A stretch of 64,000 nucleotides of DNA from Chloroflexota bacterium (lineage in GTDB: Bacteria > Chloroflexota > UBA11872 > VXOZ01): NCBI GenBank assembly GCA_963663275.1, contig OY760183.1, forward strand, positions 256,001 to 320,000, given 5' to 3'. Every line of letters begins with the position of its first letter. The stretch's first letter is position 1. Shown piece by piece: positions 30,194 to 38,730 of this stretch. Below the pieces are notes generated by a model. The model had not been told where the DNA came from. It was given only the letters and a program-made list of their open reading frames with translations, and did no database searches. A program made the position numbers and the translations under genes.

Positions 30194-32227
30194 ATGTCTC
30201 TCGAAGTAGACCGGATCGCGACTCACGAGTTAACGCTGCCGCAAGAACTCGTCCTGATGCTGCTCAATGAGGAAACCGGCTACTTTCGCCAAGTGGTCGG
30301 CTGGGACTTGAACTGCGCAATTGTGGGCGCAATACTCGCTGAGCTATCGCTCCGTTCCCGCATTGACACGGACATGGAATCCCTGAAGCTTCTCGATCCG
30401 ACGGAGACCGGCAACCCGGTCTTAGATACCGTACTCGAGAAGATCGTCAATGAACCCGTTGAACATAATGCCACCTACTGGATCGAGCGGCTTGTCTTTC
30501 GCGCGCCCCAGATCATCGACCGGATTTTGGACCGCTTGGTTGAACTGAAGGTGCTTGACTACCACGACGGCGAATTCTGGACGCTGTCTCGCACTGCGTG
30601 GCAGACGGAAGTGCACAGTGACGTTGGCGAAGGCACCGCGGTTGAGTTCGTCAAGTCGCGCGTGAGCAGGGTGATCTTCAACAATGAGATTCCCGCACCC
30701 AGAGATGTCATCATGGTCTGTCTTCTCAATACGTGCGATGTCCTGCGCTTCATCTTTCACCTCGAAGAAGAGACCGAGGAGCGTGTCCGGCTGATCAGCA
30801 GGATGAACCTGATTGGCCGCTCCGTGGCCGAGGGGGTCGCCGACAACTTCGTCGGGCCGCTGCTCCAGCGGTCCGCGCTTTCCAAACCAATCCCAACAGT
30901 AAAGCTGCAAGACCTGCTGCTCAATCCACACCTGCGCACCGGCAACATTCCCGCGATCTTTGCGGAACTTCAAAAGAAGTACGGCCCAGTGTTTACCATA
31001 CGCCCGCCTCTCTCAGAGCCTCTGTATTTTCTGGCCGGGCCCCGGGTCAACCAGTGGGTGCAACGGAACGGCCGCCATTTCCTGAGAGCCAAGGACTATT
31101 TCACCGACTTCGAGAAAGTCTTCGGCGCATCCGGCTTGATACCGGCCGCGGACGGCGCCGATCACTTCCGGCTGCGCAAGGCCATGTCGCCAGGGTATTC
31201 ACGCGAGAGGCTGGAAGGGCAACTGGACGAAGTGTACCGCAATGCCCGGACGTACATGGCGGACTGGAAGGTTGGCGACTCCTACGCTGCCAATCGCCTC
31301 TGCCGGCGGATGATAAACGCGCAACTTTCGCCGTTCACGGTGAACATTGACTCGCAAGACATCGTCGACGATCTCATGGCGTACAAGGAACGCGCGCTCA
31401 GCACGCACGTCGCGCGGGTCCTGCCCAAATTCATGCTGCATACCCCCGGCATGAAACGCCGGGCGAAAGTCGTCAACGAGGTGCTGGATCGCGTCCTGAG
31501 CGAGCATACGCCCGCCCAGCGCGCCGGCAGTCCGCGGGATCATGCCGACGACCTGCTGAGCCTGCACGCAAGCGACCCGCAATTCCTGCCGGAATCTAAT
31601 ATGGGGTTTATGCTATCGGCCCCGCTGCTTGCCAGCATGTACCTGGGCGATGCGCTGAGCTTCGCGGTCTACGCCATGGCCGCGCAGCCTGAACTCTACG
31701 ATCGGATCAAAGTCGAAGCGGATGCGCTCTTTGGCAACGGCGATCCGGCGGGCGCCGACTTCACGCTGGAGGCAATCGACGTCACGCACCGCTTCCTCAT
31801 GGAATGCATGCGCATGTACCCGGTCGTGCCCGTGTCTATTCGCAACGTCATGAATGCGTGCGTGGTGGAAGGCTTCGAATTGCCGGTCGGGGCGCGGCTC
31901 CACATTGCCACGACCGCCACGCATTATTTGGACGATATCTTCCCTGATCCCTTCACGTTCGATATCGACCGCTATCAGGCGCCGCGCAATGAGCATCGCA
32001 CGCGGGCATACGCCCCGTACGGGCTGGGCACGCATACCTGCCTGGGCACCCGGTTGATGGAACGGCTACTGTCGATCAACGTGCTGCTGATCGCGCATTA
32101 CTTCACACTGGAGGTAGCGCCCGAGAAATTCAAGCGCAAGCTCCGGTTCAGCCCGCTGCCGTCGAATAAACCGAGCAAGAAGCTGAAGTTCGTCATCGCC
32201 GAGCAGAGACGCGCGTTGCTGCCCTAG
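30194..32227 (+). CDS. GPP34 (GOLPH3/Vps74)-like domain fused to cytochrome P450, copy 1
   Basis: N-terminal LTLPQELVLMLLNEETG..GAILAELSLRSRI..GNPVLD..LDRLVE. C-terminal ECMRMYP (ExxR), FPDPFTFDIDRY and YGLGTHTCLG heme motif. GGAGG RBS before ATG 30194. Confidence 0.85.
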   Translation: MSLEVDRIATHELTLPQELVLMLLNEETGYFRQVVGWDLNCAIVGAILAELSLRSRIDTDMESLKLLDPTETGNPVLDTVLEKIVNEPVEHNATYWIERLVFRAPQIIDRILDRLVELKVLDYHDGEFWTLSRTAWQTEVHSDVGEGTAVEFVKSRVSRVIFNNEIPAPRDVIMVCLLNTCDVLRFIFHLEEETEERVRLISRMNLIGRSVAEGVADNFVGPLLQRSALSKPIPTVKLQDLLLNPHLRTGNIPAIFAELQKKYGPVFTIRPPLSEPLYFLAGPRVNQWVQRNGRHFLRAKDYFTDFEKVFGASGLIPAADGADHFRLRKAMSPGYSRERLEGQLDEVYRNARTYMADWKVGDSYAANRLCRRMINAQLSPFTVNIDSQDIVDDLMAYKERALSTHVARVLPKFMLHTPGMKRRAKVVNEVLDRVLSEHTPAQRAGSPRDHADDLLSLHASDPQFLPESNMGFMLSAPLLASMYLGDALSFAVYAMAAQPELYDRIKVEADALFGNGDPAGADFTLEAIDVTHRFLMECMRMYPVVPVSIRNVMNACVVEGFELPVGARLHIATTATHYLDDIFPDPFTFDIDRYQAPRNEHRTRAYAPYGLGTHTCLGTRLMERLLSINVLLIAHYFTLEVAPEKFKRKLRFSPLPSNKPSKKLKFVIAEQRRALLP

Positions 32228-32600
32228 CGCCACTTCAGCGCCGCTCCAGCCGTCTTGGTCGAGCGAATCCGCCGGCAGACTCCACTGCGGCGCCCGCTCT
32301 TCCCGCCCCCCACCAGGCGAAGATCATCCCTGCCATTTCCTGCGTCTCGAGTACCCGCAGCCCCGTGAACCGGGGCGGCGGGGCATAGGGCGCGGCGACG
32401 CACGCGCCCGCCGGCGGCGGGCCCCAGGTCGGAGCCCAGGTGCGGGCAATAGGCCGCGGCCACGCAGACGCGCCCGTTCTCATCACAGTACGCAACGATG
32501 TTCTCACTCATCCAGGTCTGCCGGATGAGTCGCTCCCGCTCGATGGCCTCACGGCTTGCGGCGAAGTACCGGCCCGCGGACACGGGCGCAACTCCGGCAT
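32224..32600 (-). pseudogene. Frameshifted, internally deleted Rieske oxygenase pseudogene
   Basis: Fragments in shifting frames: MPELRP / GRYFAASREAIERERLIRQTWMSENIVAYCDENGRVCVAAAYCPHLGSDLGPAAGGRV / CVAAPYAPPP..LRVLETQEMAGMIFAWWG. The second CxxH ligand pair is missing. Confidence 0.8.
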
Positions 32601-32667
32601 GTTCTCAGGCTGCCGCCGCTGAGTTGACATTGTTCGGTACATCCACAATGTCGAGAGAAAGAAACAC

Positions 32668-32696
32668 TTTACATGTTGAGGAATATCGGCGATAAT
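32668..32696 (+). promoter_or_regulatory. Putative sigma70 promoter for P450 copy 2
   Basis: TTTACA, 17-nt spacer, GATAAT in an AT-rich patch. A second TTGACA lies at 32624. Confidence 0.45.
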
Positions 32697-32909
32697 AGTA
32701 CCAGAGGGTTTGTAGTGTATTCCAGACTGCTTCTCTCTTCTACTGAGAGTGCGGTTCCTGTGCGCCTCAGCAGGTGTGCGACCACTAACATCCCGCGGCC
32801 TTTCTGGATTACCCTACTCCGTTTGCCTTCCCCTACTAGCGAGACTTTGGAGAGAAGTGGGCGCCAATGCAAGGCCCGGGCGCGTAACGACTCACGGAGA
32901 CAAGAGTCT

Positions 32910-34943
32910 ATGAGCCTCATAGAAGCAAGCAAAGCGGTTCACACGCTCAGTATGCATGAAGAATTCGTCCTGATGCTCCTCAATGAGGAGACCGGGTACT
33001 TTCACCAGGTGCCCGGCTGGGATCTGAACTGCGCCGTCATCGGCTCCGTACTCGGCGAACTCTCGCTCATGTCCCGTATTGACACAGATATGGATTCCTT
33101 GAAGGTTCTGGACCAGACGGCAACCGGCGACCCCATCATGGATTCCACTTTGGAGAAGATCGCAACCGAACCCGGGCAACACGACGCGCAGTACTGGATC
33201 GAACGGCTCATCTTTCGCGCGGGGTCGATCATCGAGGAAACATTGGGGCACTTGGTCGAGCGGAAGGCCCTGGACTACCACGACGGCGAATTCTGGACGC
33301 TGGCGCGCACGGCTTGGGAGACGGGATTGCTCACCGAATCCGGCGAAACGACCGTGGCTGAGTTCGTCAAGACGCGCGTTGGCAGGGCTATTTTCAATAA
33401 CGAGATTCCCAGCCCACGCGATGTCGTCATCATCTGCCTTCTCGATACGTGCGATGTCTTGCGCTTCATATACCAACTGGATGAACAGGCGGAAAGACGT
33501 ATCGAGACCATCTGCAAGATGGATTTGATCGGCCGGTCCGTCGCGGATGCGGTCTCCCAGAACCTCGCCGTCCCTTTGCTGCAACGTTCCGCGTTTACAA
33601 AAGAGATTCCGGCGGTGCGTTTGCGTGACCTGCTGTTCAGTCCGCATCTGCGCAGCGGCAACATTCCGGCGGTCTTTGCGGAACTTGCGGAGAAATATGG
33701 GCCGGTATTCGAGTTGCGCCCGCCGTTTTCCGAGCCCATGCTCTTCTTGGCCGGGCCCCGGACAAATCAATGGGTGCAGCGGAACGGGCGCCTCCACCTG
33801 AGAGCCCGGGACTACTTTACCGATTTCGAGAAGGTCTATGGCGCATCCGGCCTGATACCGGCCGTGGACGGCGCTGAACACTTCCGCATGCGCAAGGCCA
33901 TGTCCACCGGATACTCCCGCGAGACGATGGAACAGCAACTGGATGAGATCTATCGTAATGCGCGCGCATTCATGGCGGACTGGAAGGTTGGGGACTCCTA
34001 TACCGCGAAGTCCATGTGCCGGCACTTGATCAACGCGCAAGTTTCGCCGCTTACCGTCAGCATTGAATCGCAAGACGTCATCGACGATCTGATGGCGTAC
34101 AAGGAACGCGGGCTGAACACCCACGTCGCGCGGGTCCTGCCCAAATTCATGCTGCATACCCCCGGCATGAAACGCCGGGCGAAAGCCATCGATACGATAG
34201 TTGAACGAATCGAGAACGTCCATACGCCCGCCCAGCGCGCCGGCCGCACGCGGGACCTTGCGGATGACTTGCTGAGCCTGCACGCCAGCGACCCGCAGTT
34301 CATGCCGGAATCGAATCTGCGGTTCATCTTGTCGGCGCCGCTGCTTGCCAGCATGTACCTCGGCGACGCGCTCAGTTTCGCGGTCTACGCCATGGCCGCG
34401 CAGCCGGAAATCTACGAGAGGCTCCAGGGTGAAGCCGATGCCATCTTCGGCAATGGCGACCCCAAGGCCGAGGACTTTACGCTTGAAGCGCTGGACGTCA
34501 CGCACCGCTTCCTCATGGAGTGCATGCGCATGTACCCGGTTGTGCCTGTGTCTATTCGCAACGTCATGAACGCATGTGTGGTGGAGGGCTTCGAACTGCC
34601 GGTGGGTAAGCGCATCCACATTGCGACGACGGCTTCCCACTACATGAAGAAGGTCTTCCCTGAACCCTTCACCTTCGACATCGACCGGTACAAGGAGCCG
34701 CGCTTCGAGCATCGCAGCCCGGGCTACGCCCCGTACGGGCTGGGCACGCACACGTGTCTGGGCACGCGCTTGATGGAGCGGCTACTCGCGATCAACGTGC
34801 TCATGATTGCGCATTACTTCACGCTCGAGGTAACTCCCGAGAAATTCAAGCGCGCGCTCCGGTTCAGTCCGTTACCGTCGATGAAACCGACCACGAAGCT
34901 GAAGTTCGTCATCGCCGAGCAACGGCATACGCTACCCGCCTGA
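32910..34943 (+). CDS. GPP34-like domain fused to cytochrome P450, copy 2
   Basis: Collinear paralog of 30194-32227 with the same length (677 aa) and the same ExxR and YGLGTHTCLG motifs. GGAG RBS before ATG 32910. Confidence 0.85.
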   Translation: MSLIEASKAVHTLSMHEEFVLMLLNEETGYFHQVPGWDLNCAVIGSVLGELSLMSRIDTDMDSLKVLDQTATGDPIMDSTLEKIATEPGQHDAQYWIERLIFRAGSIIEETLGHLVERKALDYHDGEFWTLARTAWETGLLTESGETTVAEFVKTRVGRAIFNNEIPSPRDVVIICLLDTCDVLRFIYQLDEQAERRIETICKMDLIGRSVADAVSQNLAVPLLQRSAFTKEIPAVRLRDLLFSPHLRSGNIPAVFAELAEKYGPVFELRPPFSEPMLFLAGPRTNQWVQRNGRLHLRARDYFTDFEKVYGASGLIPAVDGAEHFRMRKAMSTGYSRETMEQQLDEIYRNARAFMADWKVGDSYTAKSMCRHLINAQVSPLTVSIESQDVIDDLMAYKERGLNTHVARVLPKFMLHTPGMKRRAKAIDTIVERIENVHTPAQRAGRTRDLADDLLSLHASDPQFMPESNLRFILSAPLLASMYLGDALSFAVYAMAAQPEIYERLQGEADAIFGNGDPKAEDFTLEALDVTHRFLMECMRMYPVVPVSIRNVMNACVVEGFELPVGKRIHIATTASHYMKKVFPEPFTFDIDRYKEPRFEHRSPGYAPYGLGTHTCLGTRLMERLLAINVLMIAHYFTLEVTPEKFKRALRFSPLPSMKPTTKLKFVIAEQRHTLPA

Positions 34944-35121
34944 CGCGCCGGCGCTTCCGCAATTCCGCCGCCCCGCCGGTGAGGGCGCTGCTCCCACTTT
35001 CCACCGCCAAGACAGCCGCAACGCCAATTGGGGCAAGCGGCGGGAACGCCAACACCACGCAGCGAACCGGCCGGCCCCCTCATTGGCCGGCCGTCTTCCG
35101 CTCTGACACTTTCGCCGACCC

Positions 35122-37587
35122 CTATTCCTCCGTGTAGCGCCGCTGCACGGCCTCGATTTCCAGGTCGAGTTCGTCCGCCCATTCCTTCACCTTCGAGCGC
35201 AGCCGCACGTTCTGGTACGCGCCCCAGACCGTCATCGCGGGTGGGACCAGCAGGATGGATACGATCAGCGAGTAGAGAATCGTGATCGACGCCGTGATAG
35301 CGAACTGCTGGGACGCCAGCAGCGGCGAGAACACCAACACGCCCAGCCCGAGCGCCGTCGTCAGCGCGGAACCCAAGAGCGCCGACCCGGTGGTGGCGAG
35401 CGTCCGCACCGCCGCCTGCTCCGGATCGCGCCGGCGGGCGTACTCCTCACGATACCGGTGAATCACGTGGATGGTGTAGTCTACCCCGATACCTACCGAG
35501 AGCGCCGTGATGATCGACGTGACGAGCGAGTAGGGAATGCCCAGCAGCGCCATGGTGCCCAACACCGAGATGAGCACGAGCACAATCGGCCCCACCGCGA
35601 TGACCGCCAGCGCCGGCTGGCGCGCCGTCACCCAGAAGAAGACCGCCAGCACGGTCAGCGCCATGGCGATGGTGGTGCTGATCGCCTCCGTCTGCCGCTC
35701 GGTGATCGAGTCCGTGACCGTGATCGAGATGATCGTCTCTGACGCCGCGGTAATAGCGTCGTCATCGCCGAACCAAAGGGCTTCGATGTCCTCCTGGAGG
35801 GTCTTGGTTGCCCCGGGATCGCCCGCATAGGCCGGGAACTGGAACAGGATGGCGTCGATACCGTTCGGATCGTTGACCAGAATGTGGGCCAGAGTGGGGT
35901 CCTTCGCCTGGATTCTATCGAGCAATTCCTGCATGAGCTGCGGATCAAGCTGCACTCCCGCTGAGGCTTCCCGGAAAAGCGCGGCGAGTTCCGGGTCGTA
36001 TTTATCGCCGGGCTGTCCGCTGTCGGTGGTCCAGTCGCGTATGAGCGACTCGTACGTTGCCTGTATCGGCCCCGCCGCCGCGTTCGGCCGGCGCGCCTCG
36101 TCCGCGAAGGCTTCCGTGAGCGCGCGCAGGTTCAGCAGCGTGCTGGTCTCCGCGGCCTCGGCCCGCACGAGTACCGTGACCATCTCCGTTGAGCCGCCGA
36201 TGGCCGCGTCGATGGTGTCCATGTCCGTCAGCAGGCTACCGCCTCTGGGCAGGATATCGCGAATCTTGAATTCCGACGTGAGCCCCGTGGCGGCGAATCC
36301 AAGCCCAATCGTCACCGCGAGCACCACCGCGAGATAGGGCGCGGGCCTGCGGCTAATGCTCCTACCCAATAACCCCGCCAACCCTTCGATGCCGGGCAGG
36401 GCGGCCGAAATGGGGCGCGGCGGTTTCAACGTGCCGCGCGCTTCGCGCCGCCGGTCGATGATTACGCGGCCGGCCGGCACCAACGTGAGCATCACGATGA
36501 GGGTCAGGCCCACCCCCAGCCCCGCAACAACGCCGAAGTCGCCAACTATGCCAATCGGTGAGAACAGATTCACCAACAGGCTCACAATCGTCGTGACGGC
36601 GGCCAGCACCAGCGGGATGGTGACGTTGCGCAGTCCCGCGCGGGCGGCCTCCACCACCGCCTGGCCCTCGTGCCGCTGCTCGCGGTAGTGCGAGACGATC
36701 TGAATGGCGTAGTCCACGGTGAGGCTGATTACGATGATCGGCACCATTGCCGTGAGTTGGTTTGGCGGGCCGGTGATGCCCAGCGCCTGCGGGCCGAGCC
36801 AGCCCTCCACGCCAATAATCCACACCAGCGAAATGACCAGCCCGCCAAGCGTGAGCAGCAGATCCGCAATCGTCCGCATGAAGAGCAGGATCAGCCCGGC
36901 GATCAACAGCAGCGCCAGCCCGATCAGCGGCCCCATGCCCTCCTCCGTGGCTCTCAGGTACTCATCCTCGATCACCACGGGCGAGAGGCTGCTCACCCGC
37001 AGCGGGCCTTCTTCTTCGCTCACGCGTTCATAGATCGTGCGTTCGGCGTTCCCGATCCGCTCGTCGCCCGTATCGCGCAGCCGGATGACGGCGACTGCAA
37101 CCTGCGTGCCGTCCTCATCGGTACCGGTCAGCGCCTCGAGCGCCTGTTCTATCTCCGGCGGCCCTCTGACGGAGTCTATTTGGTCCTGCGTGAGCGACGC
37201 GGCGCTTTCTACCTGGAGCACGGCCTTGATCAACAACACCGGCGCGATGATGGGATCGACCGGCGCCAGGAGCGCTCCCACCGCCGGATCGCTGACGATC
37301 TCATCGATGAGGGCGTCCATCTGCGCCAGGCCCGCGGGCGTGAGCGCATTGCCGCGGAAGAGAAGCGTGACGACGTTGGCATCGCCGGATTCACCAAAAA
37401 GCTCATCGATCTCAACGATCACGGCGGCGACGGCACTTCCTGGGGGAAGGATCGCCTCGGTATCCAACGGCTGCGCGCGCCGCACCGCACCGGCGGACAG
37501 GAATATCGTAATGTTGATGATCACGAAGATCGTGAGCCAGGGGCGGGTCGTGACCAACCGGCTGAGCCTACCGAGTAAATTGTCCAT
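35122..37587 (-). CDS. MMPL/RND-family transporter, copy 2
   Basis: Paralog of 27081-29558 with the same VDYAIQ and GVDYTIH motifs. GAGAGGAG RBS before ATG 37587. Candidate TATAAT at 37758-37763 (minus strand). Confidence 0.9.
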   Translation of the reverse strand: MDNLLGRLSRLVTTRPWLTIFVIINITIFLSAGAVRRAQPLDTEAILPPGSAVAAVIVEIDELFGESGDANVVTLLFRGNALTPAGLAQMDALIDEIVSDPAVGALLAPVDPIIAPVLLIKAVLQVESAASLTQDQIDSVRGPPEIEQALEALTGTDEDGTQVAVAVIRLRDTGDERIGNAERTIYERVSEEEGPLRVSSLSPVVIEDEYLRATEEGMGPLIGLALLLIAGLILLFMRTIADLLLTLGGLVISLVWIIGVEGWLGPQALGITGPPNQLTAMVPIIVISLTVDYAIQIVSHYREQRHEGQAVVEAARAGLRNVTIPLVLAAVTTIVSLLVNLFSPIGIVGDFGVVAGLGVGLTLIVMLTLVPAGRVIIDRRREARGTLKPPRPISAALPGIEGLAGLLGRSISRRPAPYLAVVLAVTIGLGFAATGLTSEFKIRDILPRGGSLLTDMDTIDAAIGGSTEMVTVLVRAEAAETSTLLNLRALTEAFADEARRPNAAAGPIQATYESLIRDWTTDSGQPGDKYDPELAALFREASAGVQLDPQLMQELLDRIQAKDPTLAHILVNDPNGIDAILFQFPAYAGDPGATKTLQEDIEALWFGDDDAITAASETIISITVTDSITERQTEAISTTIAMALTVLAVFFWVTARQPALAVIAVGPIVLVLISVLGTMALLGIPYSLVTSIITALSVGIGVDYTIHVIHRYREEYARRRDPEQAAVRTLATTGSALLGSALTTALGLGVLVFSPLLASQQFAITASITILYSLIVSILLVPPAMTVWGAYQNVRLRSKVKEWADELDLEIEAVQRRYTEE

Positions 37588-38116
37588 TGCTCTCCTCTCG
37601 AACCTGAGAAAGCCCCGATGCGCGACGGGAACCGCCTCGCGCATCCGGCCGCATGAGCGGCCGCTGCCGCGCGGCAGGCGCTATGCCGCGCTGCCTTGAA
37701 GCCTCGCGGCGGTCTGGCCGTAACCTGCCGGTATCCTGCGTTGCGGCGTGTGCGCCCATTATAGCGTACTGTCGCCAGGCAGCCACACTGGGGGTATGGA
37801 GAGCCTCGCAAACCGCTCGCGCTGCGATAGGCTCAGCGCGAACGACGGCTGCTCGCTCCCGTCATGCTACGCGCGGGCAAGGCCGCGTGTGAACGGCGGC
37901 TTTCCCAAAGATGGTACCGCCACCCCCACACGGCTGAGCCTGCCTTATCTTCAGAAGGGCAAGTGCGGCTTGCGGCCTGGGTCCGGTTTACTGCCTGAGA
38001 CGAGGGAGTCCGGCGGACAGCCCGCGCGCGTGGACGCAAATACAGTAGTAGGATACGCAAAGAACGTGTCATCCCACGGTCTCATGGAGCGGGAGCATGA
38101 CGGCCGGGGTGTGGCA

Positions 38117-38125
38117 TGGTATAAT
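38117..38125 (+). promoter_or_regulatory. Extended -10 promoter upstream of the thioredoxin-like gene pair
   Basis: TGGTATAAT, 32 nt before ATG 38158. Confidence 0.6.
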
Positions 38126-38157
38126 CGCGCGTGGAACCTGAGATTGGATCTGGGGTA

Positions 38158-38643
38158 ATGCAATTCGTCAACCAATACTCCTACGTCCTCCTTTCGCTGT
38201 TTGTCGCGTCTGTCAGCGCGGTAGCCGTCTATTTTTGGCTGCCGGATCCGGGCGGCGTTCTGCTCTTGATCCTACTGGGCGTTACTCTCTTTGCCGTGGG
38301 CGTAGCGCTGCGCTATCCGGCGGCGGACACTGTCGACAGTGAGGGGTTGGCGGCACAACTCAAGAGAGGCGTGCCGGTTTTCATCATGGTATACTCCAAC
38401 TTCTGAGCGGGCTGCCTTTCGGCCCGCCCCATCGTCGATGGGATCGAACGCGAATTTGGCGAGACAGCGCACGTCATCCGGCTGAACCGCCACACGCCCG
38501 TTGGCCGCGCCTTCGCCGACCGCGAGGGCCTGAGCCTTGTGCCCGGCGCCATTCTCTACGATGGCAAGGGCGAGCCCAGGCTGCGGTTGAATGGCAAATT
38601 CCCCACGAAGCGGAAGTTCCTTGACGCGCTGGAGGAAGAGTAA
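38158..38643 (+). CDS. Membrane-anchored thioredoxin-fold putative selenoprotein 1 (UxxC; TGA at 38404-38406)
   Basis: Two TM helices, then PVFIMVYSNF-TGA-AGCLSARPIVDGIEREF...LVPGAILYDGKG. The frame stays open for 78 codons after the TGA until TAA 38641. Confidence 0.82.
38428..38442 (+). promoter_or_regulatory. Candidate SECIS hairpin 1
   Basis: cccatc-gtc-gatggg, with the loop G 28 nt after the TGA. Identical in the paralog. Confidence 0.55.
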
Positions 38644-38730
38644 GGCGCGCCCAGCCCGGGTGCGCATTCGCGGCGCGCCTCCGGCGGCGGGATGGTAGCG
38701 TATGCCGTGTACTCTTCGGGGAGACTTGAC

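Noticed and set aside
37780-38100. tRNA-Sec or another ncRNA, or the 136-aa ORF, between MMPL copy 2 and the selenoprotein genes
   Set aside because: No cloverleaf, T-loop or UCA anticodon arm was recognised, and the ORF has no motif. Left unannotated.
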